Source: Octopus sinensis | Lineage: Eukaryota | DNA length: 60,808 nt | Assembly: GCF_006345805.1 (NCBI RefSeq) | Contig: NW_021832569.1 | Span: forward strand, 1 to 60,808 | Direction of reading: 5' to 3' | In this document: positions 39,704-52,339 of the stretch, in pieces | How the letters are laid out: every line of letters starts with the position of its first letter | Position numbering within the stretch: position 1 is the first letter of the stretch | Position numbers and translations under genes: made by a program | The notes under the pieces: model-generated | The model's database searches: none | What the model saw: only the letters and a program-made list of their open reading frames with translations | What the model was told of the DNA's origin: nothing

Positions 39704-39945
39704 TTCTGTTGTTTCTGGGGAAAGTCATTTTCTTTTTGTGCCTTATAATGTAACACACTCACCGGTAAAATTTCCACTTATTTCTTATTTTTATTTTCCT
39801 AACGTTTTCGTTGCGTCTGGCAACCTTTTCAATAGTCTTGACTCTTTTAGGAAAATAAAAATAAGAAATAAGTGGAAATTTTACCTGTGAGTGTGTTACA
39901 TTATAAGGCACAAAAAGAAAATGACTCCCCTCAGACACAACAGAA
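39704..39945. repeat. Foldback inverted repeat (~100 bp arms, ~44 bp spacer)
   Basis: 39704-39802 is the near-perfect reverse complement of 39847-39945. Confidence 0.93.
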
Positions 39946-40202
39946 TATGCTTCAACACACAAACTCATATAAAGAATCTTGCAAACCAAATCCAAAAACG
40001 AAGTACAAAACAGGATTCTATACAAATAGCTAAGGCGTATGTGTACCCCCAATTTGACAGTTATTTTATTATTGTTGTGACGTCATTGAAATTGATGTTG
40101 TTGTTGTTTAGTTAGATTTAGCCCTGATTAAGGAGACCACTACGAAAAGGTGGTCTACCCGAAAGTATAGAGGCTTATTTTCAGATGCAATATCTGGGGG
40201 CT

Positions 40203-40586
40203 GGAGGCGCAATGGCCCAGTGGTTAGGGCAGCGGACTCGCGGTCATAGGATCGCGGTTTCGATTCCCAGACCGGGCGTTGTGAGTGTTTATTCAGCGAA
40301 AACACCTAAAGCTCCACGAGGCTCCGGCAGGGGATGGTGGTGATCCCTGCTGTACTCTTTCACCACAACTTTCTCTCACTCTTACTTCCTGTTTCTGTTG
40401 TACCTGTATTTCAAAGAGCCGGCCTTGTCACTCTCTGTGTCACGCTGAATATCCCCGAGAACTACGTTAAGGGTACACGTGTCTGTGGAGTGCTCAGCCA
40501 CTTACACGTTAATTTCAGGAGCAGGCTGTTCCGTTGATTCGGATCAACCGGAACCCTCGTCGTCGTAACCGACGGAGTGCTTCCAC
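40203..40586 (+). mobile_element. SINE head A + tail 1 with 11 bp TSD
   Basis: TSD ATCTGGGGGCT at 40192-40202 and 40587-40597. Confidence 0.95.
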
Positions 40587-40949
40587 ATCTGGGGGCTACA
40601 TCACCAAATGTGATTTTCTTTAAGATCTTTTTCAAGACGGCAGGTGCCGCTTGTCGGTCAACTGAATCCTTTGGTAGAATATACTTGCCAAAGGCGCCAC
40701 TCATTGGGATTGAACCTTGGACTTATAAATGGGAAGTGAACGTTTTGATGAAAGCAGCCATTAATCTATCAATGCGGCCATAGTTTGGTACAGGGGATCA
40801 AACAACACGACAGAAGCATGTAAACATACTCACATGTATTTATTAAAGTTGAATCATAAGAATTAAAAAAAAAAACATTATTGAATAGCAATACATCATA
40901 CAGGAACATAAAGCATTTACTGAAGACTGCAGAAGTCTAAATTCCTTTC

Positions 40950-40992
<43 letters not shown>

Positions 40993-41169
40993 GACACTCT
41001 TTCACTTCCTTCGTAAGTTTTGTTCAGGTAATGTCAAATTTCATCGATTTCATCCAAGGAAACACACCACTAGGCTACAAAGTCTTGTTTACTGAACACT
41101 TCCCATTTTACCGTGTATATCGGTCCGTTTACTCTGCAATAGGTCAGACAGTTTGCTAAACTGTCAGTT

Positions 41170-41341
41170 TGTCTATCAGTCTGTCTGTTTGTCTGTCTGT
41201 CTCTCTGCCTGCCTGTTTGTCTGTATGTATGTTAGTCTGTCTACCTGTCTATCAGTTTGTCTTTCTATCTGTGTTTCTGTTTGTATGTCAGTCTGTCCTT
41301 TTCTTTCTGTCTTTCTTTCATTCATTCTTTCTTTCTTTCTT

Positions 41342-41380
<39 letters not shown>

Positions 41381-41822
41381 CCGTCTCTCTCTCTCTTCAT
41401 GCACGCCACTCTCTGTTTTTTTGTCTACGCCTGTCTCTTCTTTCTTTCTCTACTCATTTTCTTCATAAAGTCATTCACTCGCTCACTCACACACACTCAC
41501 TCATTCATTCGCTCTCTCACATCAGTCTCTCATACCACTCTCTCACTCTCATACAACTCACTCACTTACTCCCTCTCTCACTCACTCACTCACTCACTCA
41601 TTCACTCACTTGCTTCTTCTGACACTCAGTCACGCACCCACTCACATATTCACTCTCACACACCACTCACTCAAACAATAACACAACTTACTCACTCATT
41701 CACTCATTCACTCACCCTCATTCACCCTTACTTACTCATCCACTCATTCAATCACTCTCTCACACCACTCACTCAGACAATAGCACAACTCACTCACTCA
41801 CTCACTCACTCGCTCACTCACT
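41170..41822. repeat. (TCTG)n / (TTTC)n / (TCAC)n degenerate microsatellite block
   Basis: Seen directly. Confidence 0.9.
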
Positions 41823-42805
41823 TTACGTGTATCTATGTCCTCTTTCTTCCCCCAGTTTTCCAGATTTTGCAAACCTTCCTCTCATACACACAAGCCAATC
41901 CAATGCTTTCCTCCACTTAAACACTATCAGTTCTCCATCTGTCTTCTTTTCTTTGTAGCATCGCATCTTCCCACACTCTATTGCCTGCTTAGTTAGCTTC
42001 TTTGTACGACTATTTAAATTATAAACCCCAAGTAGTATATAAATCAATGGGAATTTTCTTCTGCCCCTAATAGAGGCATTTTTCCCGCCTCATCTTCCCC
42101 TACCACAATAAGGTTAGTCCTCATAGTGGGCTCCTTGTGTTACATAGCTAACATAGAATTAGTGTAAATCACAGATCTGCTTGCTGATTTACAGTTATTA
42201 ACAGAAAAACTGCCATTTGAAAAGGGTGACCGCTTAAAATGCTGGTCACAAGGAATGAAACCAGGTCGCCATTTTTATTTTATTTTACTTTTTACCTTTT
42301 ACTTTTCTGCCATTTTCTCTTTTCCGTTTTCCTCTCGTCGTTTCTTTCTTTTTCTTTCATCTTGTTTTTATTTATTTATTTTTATTTATTATCTTAAAAG
42401 GTTTTTTTTTTTTGGTTTGCTTGTATTTGTGTTTATTTATATTGCTGTATTTATATTTTCTTTGTTACATTTTGGTATCTGGTGGGATTTGTAGGTCTGA
42501 ACGACAAAACATTCGTTAATAAATAACGAAGGCAATAAACACAACATCTACAACACGCAGAACAACAACAGCAACAACAACAACAATGACAACTAAAACA
42601 ATAACAACAGCAAAAATAACAATAACAACAACATTGGCTATAATTACTTTTGCAAAAATTACCATATAGGTAACAACAACAACAACAACAACAACAACAT
42701 ACAATACGTACGGAATACTTAGTCGTTGACCTGAACAACTTCAAATAGCAACAAACGTTTTCCAAAATTAACCATTGGAACTTTCCAATCACGTTCTTTC
42801 GGCTT

Positions 42806-43077
42806 CAGTCTCACATCCCGGACCGACCAATGTCTTATGTATTATAAGAAATTTTGGTAGAAAGAAATTGTGGAATCCCGTCATATTTATATATGCCCTA
42901 CTATACTGAGTAGTCGACAAAATCAAAAACAACGTGCATGCACATATATATATATCAGTCTTACATCCCGGACCGACCAATGTCTCACGTATTATAAGAA
43001 ATTTTGGTGCATGCACATATATATATGTGTGCATGCACGTTGTTTTTGATTTTGTCGACTACACAGTATAGTAGGGC
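42806..43077. repeat. Interleaved direct and inverted duplication
   Basis: Direct repeat 42806-42858 and 42956-43008; inverted repeat 42895-42955 and ~43017-43077. Confidence 0.9.
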
Positions 43078-43165
43078 ACCGTTTGCGAGGAAAACAGCAC
43101 CGTGACGCAATTCACTTGCCAGAAATTTGGAAACGACATTAGATTAAAGAGTCAGTCTCCTGCTT

Positions 43166-43201
<36 letters not shown>

Positions 43202-43230
43202 ATATATATACGTATACATACATACATACA

Positions 43231-43317
<87 letters not shown>

Positions 43318-43344
43318 AATGTATATATGTATGTATGTATATGG

Positions 43345-44970
43345 TAAGATTTACGGTGAAAAAGCATAGAAATCTTGTTTGTGTAGATTAGATAACGATT
43401 AGTTCATCCATTACAATATGTACAGAGTCGATTGAATTCGTCTCGCTAATCATGACTCAGTGTTATAAAACATAATTTGGTTTTAGATTTAATCTTCTGT
43501 AGAAGCAGGTATGAAAATTTTGCGTTTATATTGGAGAGTATAGCTCAAGGGAAGTAATCAGTGAATATAATGTTTTTTTATCTAAAGGGATAATCAGTGG
43601 ATATAATATTTCTTAGCTAAGGGGAGGTAAATCTTTGTTTCCATTTTACTGGTTGGTTTTTTATCTGAGAATTCCATTATATATTCATATTAAGTTCCGG
43701 TTTGTATTTTTCTATAAATGTGGCCTCTATATTTAGTCGTTGTTGAGTTAAGGTCCTTTTCCTGATTGATATAGTGTGAATACTGTGAATTGTGGTTGGC
43801 GTTCCTTAGCACATTTGTCTATGTGACAACTGAGTGGTATTTGACGGTATTGGGAGTGGTAAATTTGTTGTCTGTGCAGTGTAGATCTACGTCTGAAGCA
43901 CATTCCTGTTGAGCCTATATAGTTCCTATTGCAGCCGGAACATGTTATGACGTAGATGAGCATTTTAGAGGCGCAAGGGAAGTCAGTTTTAATTGTTTAA
44001 CATGGAATTCTGAGCCTTCCATCGTATTGGTACATGTTCCACAGTTCGGTCGCCCACATTTTTTAACTCTTGCTTCCGTTATTTTAGAGTATAGTTTTGT
44101 ATTTGTGAGTATCTGCTTTAGTAGTTTGGGCTATTTGTTGCTTTTAATAATTTTATGCGTGCGTAGAATTTCATACAGCTTAGGGTCCTTATGTAGTATT
44201 GAAAGGTTTTGGATAATAATGTTATGTACTTCGTTGTTTCTGGGGTTGTATGTGGAAATATAAGGTAATATTTTTAGAGTGGGCGTGTTGCTTTATTTAA
44301 CCTCTCTCAGTGTTTGTATATTAATTCTTTTTGCACGTTTTATCTCATCATCTATAAGCGAAATTGTGTAGTGTCTGTTGACGACTATGTTTTTAAGTTC
44401 GTGTAGTCTGAGTGCTCTGGTGCTTTTTGCGACACCGTAGTGCAGATTCTTCCCGCTAGATTGAATGGGATATTTATTTTTATTTAGCATGAGCTAAATA
44501 ATAAGTAGTTTCGAGTTGGTAGTTTTGCAAAACATGATGGTTTCTACTTTTTCATTTACTCTTTTGATTAATATATCTAGAAAAGGGAGTTTCTTTTTGT
44601 TGTCTTCCATTTTGAATTGTTCATTTGTATTTATGGTACTGTGGAGTCTTGTGAATTCCAATAGTTTATCCATGTTCTCATTCAATAGAATGAAACAGTC
44701 AGCCAAATATCTTTTCCAATTTCCCTTTATGTATTGGGAAAGGGGATTTCCGAATTTTGTGAGTAACTACTGATACACTGTTAGTTCCAAATAAACAATT
44801 GTCAGGTTTGCATGAACGGGGGCTGCCTTGGTTCCCATCGCAACTCTGTACATATTTTAATAAATTAAATGATCTTTATCTACACGAACAAGATTTCTGT
44901 GCTTTTTCTCCTTAAATCCTATTTTATATTTACCACCACGTGAAATCTCCCTTCGAATTTATCTCCGATA
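43345..44970 (-). mobile_element. Degraded Penelope-like element (RT + Cys linker + GIY-YIG endonuclease), bounded by (TA)n-rich tracts
   Basis: Minus strand: VAMGTKAAPVHANL (~44800-44845), WKRYLADCFI (YLDD-equivalent, ~44690-44720), LPFLDILI, linker KCGRPNCGTC (~44015-44045, Neptune-like), LIYVITCSGCNRNYIGST (43910-43960). Confidence 0.88.
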
Positions 44971-45007
44971 TATAAATGTGTGTGTGTGTATATATATATA
45001 TATATAC

Positions 45008-45044
<37 letters not shown>

Positions 45045-45045
<1 letters not shown>

Positions 45046-45345
45046 GGAGCCGCAATGGCTCAGTGGTTAGGGCAGCGGACTCTCGGTCGGAGGATCGCGG
45101 TTTCGATTCCCAGACCGGGCATTGTGTGTTTATTGAAGGAAAGCACCTAAAAGCTCAACGACCCTCCGGCAGAGGGTGGTGGCGACCCCTGTTGTACTCT
45201 TTCGCCACAACTTTCTTTCAGATTCTCTTCCCGTTGAGTAACGCTGCGATGGACTGGCGTCCCATCCAGCTGGGGGGAACTCATACGCCACAGAAACCGG
45301 GAAACCGGGCCCATGAGCCTGGCTAGGCTTGAAAAGGGCGACGAA
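45045..45345 (+). mobile_element. SINE head A + tail type 3, embedded in (TA)n
   Basis: Head and body homologous to the A family, then a distinct tail GCTGCGATGGACTGGCGTCCCATCCAG...GAAACCGGG. Confidence 0.85.
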
Positions 45346-45395
45346 AATATATTATATTATATATATATATATATATTATATATATATATATATAT

Positions 45396-46110
45396 AAAGG
45401 AAATATCAACCAAATACATAATTCACAAAAGGGATACAGATGCAGGAAAATCAGTAAAATGTGGAGTTAACACCGAAGATATCACCTACACCATAAGCAA
45501 TTGTCCGAAATGTCATCACGGTATTATCTACCAATGAGACATGATGTTGTAGCTAGGACACTATAAAGAAATCCGTCGGAAGGGTAAGCTCGAGGACAAA
45601 GAAATAAGAATCCACAGTACGGTAGAAGCCATAGCCACTCATAATAAAAAGGAGAACTAGTGAAATGTCCCAATGAAAACCTCAATAAAATGTAAACACA
45701 ACAGACCTAATATAATGATTTTGGATAGAGGAAAGAAACTGTGTACAGTCGTGCAAACTGCGGATGTTAACATAAAGCCGAACATCAGTGTAAAAGAGAA
45801 CACCAAAGCTAAACTATTAAAAAATCTGCAGTTACTCTATCCAGATAACAAGTTAAGACTTATACCTGTAATTATTGCGGTTCTTGGATATGTAACATAC
45901 TGCCTAAATACTAATCTTGAGAAATTAGGCTTCTCAAAACCAGAAAGTATGAAGCTAATTCGAAGACTACCGATCCAATCGATCACTGGAACTGTAAAAA
46001 TCTGCAAAGCTTTCCAGAAGTTTATCATTTAAATATATATGAGCATGCCTAGATATGCAACTATATGCATGAGAATACATACATAAAACAAAAAATACAA
46101 ATCTGCACAT
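45396..46110 (+). mobile_element. 3' fragment of an RLE-type (R4/Dong-like) non-LTR retrotransposon
   Basis: Degenerate CCHC region (KCGVNTEDITYTISNCP...RHDVVA), RLE motif HNRPNIMILD (PD equivalent), IPVIIAVLGYV, ITGTVKICK; stop at 46032; followed by (TACC)n/(TACA)n. Confidence 0.82.
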
Positions 46111-46238
46111 ATACCTACCTACCTACCACCTACCTACCTACCTACCTACCACCTACCTACCTACCTACCTACCACCTACCTACCTACCTACATATATACA
46201 TACATGCATACATAGTACATACATGCATACATACATAT

Positions 46239-46350
46239 TTAGTTAGTTAGTTAATTTTTGGCTCAAAAGCAAATAGCAAGGCCATGTAGGGGGACATGGA
46301 GTTAAGTACAGGGTGGTGTTCATGTAAAGAGTTCAGGCCACTTGAGGTCA
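46239..46350 (-). mobile_element. Short 3' end of a second CR1 family with (CTAA)n tail
   Basis: Reverse complement of 59585-59706. Confidence 0.88.
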
Positions 46351-46573
46351 TACATGCATGCATACATATATACGTACACACGTACGTAAAACAAAACTGC
46401 CTGTTGTTGATGTTGAAATTCCAGTGAAGGAGCGTTGGATCTAGATTAGAAACCGGCTTTCTCCATTGGCAAGAAATCTTGAAATAAAACTGAATAATCA
46501 CATACATACAGACACACTTACATATACACACATACCTGTGTGCCTATAATATATATATTATATATATATATAT

Positions 46574-46608
<35 letters not shown>

Positions 46609-46612
46609 TATT

Positions 46613-46654
46613 CAAAGCATTGAATAGCTTATGACGAAACTATGGTATGCTTTG
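46613..46654 (+). ncRNA. Degenerate minimal hammerhead motif at the start of a TA-flanked ~250 bp module
   Basis: caaagca-TTGAATA-gcttatgac-GAAAC TATG GTA-tgctttg. Perfect 7 bp stem I and near-palindromic stem III; the core has two substitutions and stem II is weak. Confidence 0.5.
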
Positions 46655-46905
46655 TTTTCTGACTTCCTAATCATCTCATAATAATGACTTTTATGACTTT
46701 TATTACTACCTCAGTGCATCTAAATGGTAATATCTGTCGTTACCTTTTATAAAAAAGCCTTTTCTTTTTTTTATTTACAATGTGCATTTTCGTTGATTTT
46801 TCTTATTTTCCCCTTACATTTCCACGTGTATTTTATATTTTCTTTTAGTAACATATTTCTACTATATATATATGTATGTATATATATATATATATATATA
46901 TATAG

Positions 46906-46973
<68 letters not shown>

Positions 46974-47160
46974 CATATATATATATAATATACACACACA
47001 CACATACAAATATATATACACACACACACACACACACCACACACACATATATATATATATATAATATGTATATATGTATGCTTGTTTGTATATGTGTGAT
47101 GCACAGTTACACAATTACATATATACATATACACAGACGATTGCTCGCATGCACATATTA

Positions 47161-47245
47161 CTAGATAGATAGCTTGATAGGTAGATAGATAGATAGATAG
47201 AAAGACAGACAGACAGATAGATAATAGATAGATAGATAGATAGAC

Positions 47246-47300
<55 letters not shown>

Positions 47301-47313
47301 AAGACAGACAGAC

Positions 47314-47372
<59 letters not shown>

Positions 47373-47389
47373 AAGACAGACAGACAGAC

Positions 47390-47461
<72 letters not shown>
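47161..47461. repeat. (GATA)n/(GACA)n microsatellite
   Basis: Seen directly. Confidence 0.98.
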
Positions 47462-47462
<1 letters not shown>

Positions 47463-47627
47463 TGTTTCTTTATTAGCCACACAGGGCTGCACAGAGACAG
47501 GACAAATTACAAGGTAGAGCTTTTCTTTTGGGGGTAAAAAAAAGGGGTTTGGTTTTCGATCAAAAGGGATCGCAAAGGGAAAGAAAGAGGACAAAAAAAG
47601 GGGGGAATAAAATTAAAGAAAAAAAAA
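47462..47627 (-). mobile_element. 5'-truncated 3' end of the same Tx1 family
   Basis: Reverse complement of ~2270-2420 (GCTCTACCTTGTAATTTG...GCAGCCCTGTGTGGCTAATAAAGAAACAT); (GATA)-type repeats on both sides. Confidence 0.9.
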
Positions 47628-48507
47628 GATAGACATATAGATAGATAGACAATGTTACCGATAGGAAAACTGTAATAATAGCAGCCATGTTTGTTCAGCA
47701 AATCCTGTATTTCTTGATAATGCTTGCAATGATTGGCTGGTAATGTATGAAGTGAAAGCTTAATATTTCTCAATTAAAGCTGTTAATGTAATGCAGATTA
47801 GCTATTGGTTGTGGTGAGGTGTATCACGGGGTTTTGTAGTAGGGTGTGATTAAAGGGAAGACGCAGAGTGAAGTGATAAGGATAGCGTTTGGAACTGTGA
47901 GAAAAGTAACGTCAGCATAGTTCCTGGTAGTGTCGGATCAAGAGGAGGGGCAAAGTGAAAAGTGAAAAAAATAGACAGAATGAAAGAACGGAAGAGAAAC
48001 AGAGAGAGAGAAGGGGGAGATAGAGATAGAGAGTGAGAGACAGACAGACAGAGAGAATTGGAGGAAGATGGAGATTGTATGAGTTTGTTGAAAAGCTGAT
48101 AGCTGACTGGAAGAGAGTGAGGCGAAAGACGGAGAAGAGGTTATTTGTGGAGATGAAGATAAAAAATGAATAAAGAGGAGATGAGAGAAAAAAGGAAAAG
48201 GATAACGAAATAGGGGATATGTAAGACTGAATGAAAAGAGAGTGAAGAATATTTGAGAATAAACAAAAGAGAAGGAAAACTAAAGAAGAGGTAAAATGTG
48301 AAATAATGGCTATACACACAGACATACACACACACGGATACACATATATAATCGGTAAGAATAGATATGAAAATATTCATTCAATCCATTGTTTAGTCCC
48401 TACTAAGATACGGGGACGTAAAGAAACCATCACCGATTGTCAAATGTTAGTGGAGAACCGACATAGACAGAGCGACACATACACACGCACTCAAACATAC
48501 ACATACA

Positions 48508-48662
48508 TACGAAATGCTTCTTTCAGTTTCTGTCTACCAAATCCACTCATAAGGCTTTGGTCAGCCAATCGCTATAGTAGAAGACAATTGGCCAAGATGC
48601 CAAGCAGTGGGATTGAACCCGGAATGATGTGGTTGGGAAGCAAAGGTCTTACTACACAGCCA
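48508..48662 (-). mobile_element. SINE family B, 5' half only
   Basis: Matches the head half of 13679-14068 and ends at the position of the internal microsatellite. Confidence 0.8.
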
Positions 48663-50993
48663 TATTAATAATAGTGATGTAAAGAAATAAGATAACACTT
48701 GAACATATATTTATTTATTATATATATTTATTAATAAAAATTATTATCGCATCGTTACGTACATATTCTATTTATTGTCAGTGTATATTGAAGAAAATTA
48801 TATATACGCGGCATGCTGACGTCAACAGCCTGAACATAAAGAAGAAACGGAAAGGATGGTTTATATAAACTAGTGTTGTTAAGTACTTGACGTGGAAATT
48901 CTAGTATTAGACTAAATTAAACGTAATACTAACCCTCAGCAAAAGTAAGTCTCACCTCTACAGTAAGCCGAACGCTGAAATAATATACATTTATAAAGAT
49001 TCAAACCACTTGCTTATAATCATTAGCCACATTACCAACAACGTTAGTAGACATATCTCTAATCTATCATTAAACAAAGAAACATTTAAGCCGTTTCACG
49101 TACAACAGAATAAGAAGCTGTTCTAGTGAGGAGTTAAAGTATGCAGAACAGTCTCCAACAAGAACCAGTGTATAAATATATAAGAAAATATAGCTAGGAG
49201 CTTCCTAAACTTGATGCATTCAAACCTCCTTGTTCGATATCCCAACACTTTTAATTGTAATTCTATCAATGTCAGTTATAGTTGTTTATGCAACATGCAG
49301 TAAAAAATATCCTGCAGATAATCAGCAATCCAGAAGTAGTCATCACACCCCAAATGTAACTATAACACTATAGTTAAGTGTCCCTTTAATAAAAGATTTC
49401 AGTTGAATGATTGTTATATAAAACCGATGAAGGAGTAAGTTATTGATGACGCGAGTTTACTGAAAATTTGTGCAAGACCCGATACTCGCAAAACACTAAT
49501 TCGTGGTCAAAATCAAATGGAGGGCAAAGGACAGAGATATACACTGTCACAATCAAATAGAGCAGGCATAGGCAACCTTTTTCGAGGAGGGGTCCGCATG
49601 AAACATGGCTCATCATTAAGTAGGCCGTAGTTTCCGCATGACTGATAAAGCGCAAGGGTGTAAGCATACAACAATCTCGGAAATAACTGCAATGTATGCT
49701 GATTCTAGAAGTTCCTCGGTTGCACGAACACGAAAAGAGGAACATGTTCCTCTTGTTTGGAAAGTGGACTCACAAAATGAGAAATTCATTCAAACGTTAC
49801 AGAGTATGAACATTCATGGTAAATAATTCGCTGCAATTTGCAGCAAGTTTAAAACAAAATTTTTTTGATCTAATTAATTTTCCTCTTTATCTAATTTTCA
49901 TAATATTGATTCTTTACCATAGGTCAATCAAGTAATTGAATCAAAGTACAGCGCACATTCATAAATGTCAATATTGATATTTTCTTGTGAGTGAGAAGCG
50001 ACAGCCATGATAGTGTGAAACTAAGCATGCTACTGACGGTGTTTTTCCATCCATTCGCTTTCTTATTATATTAAACATACCAATTACATGTACAGTAAAC
50101 CATTATGAATAACATTCGTAAAAGTTAGATCAATATTGTCAGCTTCAGAATATAGGAAACCGCGTTCAACCTGTAATAAGCAGTAGCCAAATACTCCTCA
50201 AATCAAACTCTAATCATCTATGGCTAGATTATTTGTCACCTGAGGCATATAAACAAAGATTATATGCCTTATAATGACATCAAAATTAATTGATATGTTC
50301 AAAATGTAATGAGCAAAGAATAGCAGACGTTGTCTAAACGAAAAGTTCTACATTCTGAAGCAACCGGCTTAACCAGGAATTGGAGACAGTGTACAAGTGT
50401 CTCCATCGGCTGTTGATTTCTTTGCAAAAATTCTCAAATTCTTTGACGGTCGAATGTTACAACCTATGGAAGTCGTTTCTAATGAATAGCCTTCAACCTA
50501 ACAGAATATTCATCATAAAGGTAACTATGTCTAGACTTTTTCGTCTACAATACACAAGTGAAGAACGAAAAATTTGTAGAGCGAAACAATTTGGATCACG
50601 TATTTGATATGTGTACATGTAGATTTAACATCTTCCGCCATCTTTCACATGATCGTTGAACAATCGCAGCGGCATTTACCCACGGCGTAATATACTCCGA
50701 GTAACGATGGTATAAATTCAGAGAAGCTTTCTTAATATATATAAATACTAAATTATGCATCAAGAGCATGTTCCTTCCGTGTGTGTATACATTTGCAAAT
50801 AATATGTACATAAGTATATATGTTTATCTGTATGTGTATATAAGTATTTATGTTTATATGTATATACATATGTGTGTATGTATGTATGTATGTTTTTTTA
50901 TGTATGTATGTATGTATCTATCTAGCTATCTATATAGGTACATACATACATGCATACATACATACATACATACATACATACATACATACATAC

Positions 50994-52330
50994 AACGAAA
51001 CATTCGAAGCGACAAGTCACGTATTTGGCGTGGGAGACTATTCATCGAAAATACGATGAATACTATCTCCAACTTTGGAGCCACAACTCGCATCCTTGTT
51101 AAATAACTGGTTGATCTTCAGATGAACTATCTGAGGGAGCCTTTTATTCACGATCGTAGGGACTCTCGACTGAAACTTGAATTTAGCATTCAGAGAGTGA
51201 CTACAAACAACATAATTGGACACAACATCAACAACAACAACACAATCGAGGAACAGAACGAAAACAACAGTTCAACAGGTAAACAAATTCTTTCTAGCTG
51301 TAGTTATAGAAGAAACCGTAACTACAAAACTCACTTCTCTTGGAGTTAAGAAATGAATAAAGATTTATTTACCTGCTACAAAAAAGCGAAACAAATCCCG
51401 CTGTTGGCTATATGAAATGATTGAAATCATATTGGGACGATATGCATCCAGATTTAAATAATTTTACTTCGCAGCAACTACGCCATCAAGCAACATTTGT
51501 AGAATATCGGAAAAAGGTTAGTAACTGTAGATTTATTGAAAATTCGAAAATTAACCTTCTTCCCAACTTTATAGACAAAAACGAAAAGATGAATGATATA
51601 TGACATTCCAACAGATTCTATAGTGCTTGCCAGCAAACTACATTACTGGCTGGAGTAACTGACCACCGTTCCCCTACTACAGCTTTGGTAAATAGCAGGA
51701 ACAACTGCAACGATTATTATAGTAGTAGCGGTAGTCATTAAGGCGGCGAGCTGGCAGAAACGTTAGCACGCCGGGTGAAATGCTTAGCGGTATTTCGTCT
51801 GCCGTTACGTTGTGAGTTCAAATTCCGCCGAGGTCGACTTTGTCTTTCATCCTTTCGGGGTCGATAAATTAAGTATCAGTTACGCACTGGGGTCGGTGTA
51901 ATCGACTTAATACCTATGTCTGTCCTTGTTTGTCCCCTCTGTGTTTAGCCCTTGTGGGTAATAAAGAAATAGGTAGTCAGGAGTATATACTGGGATTATA
52001 TGGCCTTACTGAAATTTTCCTAGAAAAAATAACTTTGAAGGAGTCTCTCGAGGAGAGAATATTCTCTATCAAAGTAAGTAAAAATCCACCTGATACGGTA
52101 TTAAAAGCTGTTAGCGAAATTGGTGATGAGTATTTACAACAGTGTGATGAACCCGCATCCTGGCAGATTAACACCTGTCCATGTGCTCTGGCTACTACTG
52201 TAAAACAACATGAATGATATTCAAAAAGTAAACAGAACCGAAATAATAAAGAAAGCACCATCATGGGTTTTGAAGACAGAGAAGAAGACGAATGGTTTAC
52301 AGAAGACCATCAGTCATGTGATGATGCTTA
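50994..52330 (+). mobile_element. Probable 5' part of an R4/Dong-like element, degraded and interrupted by a SINE
   Basis: W...MNKDLFTCYKKAK...GYMK.LKSYWDDMHPDLNNFTSQQLRHQ resembles the R4-clade N-terminal region; starts directly after (CATA)n. Confidence 0.55.
51739..51971 (+). mobile_element. SINE family D monomer (tail 2) with 8-9 bp TSD
   Basis: TSD GGTAGTCA at ~51730-51738 and 51972-51979. Confidence 0.93.
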
Positions 52331-52339
52331 TTGCATGCA

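Noticed and set aside
49565-49600. hAT-like TIR CAGGCATAGGCAACCTTTT
   Set aside because: No matching second TIR or TSD found.
39526-51661. Identical 17-mer ACTGGCTGGAGTAACTG at 39526 and 51645
   Set aside because: No flanking homology; cannot distinguish chance from a tiny repeat relic.
51968-51979. GGTA after the SINE D tail as a remnant of the dimer junction
   Set aside because: It is part of the TSD GGTAGTCA.
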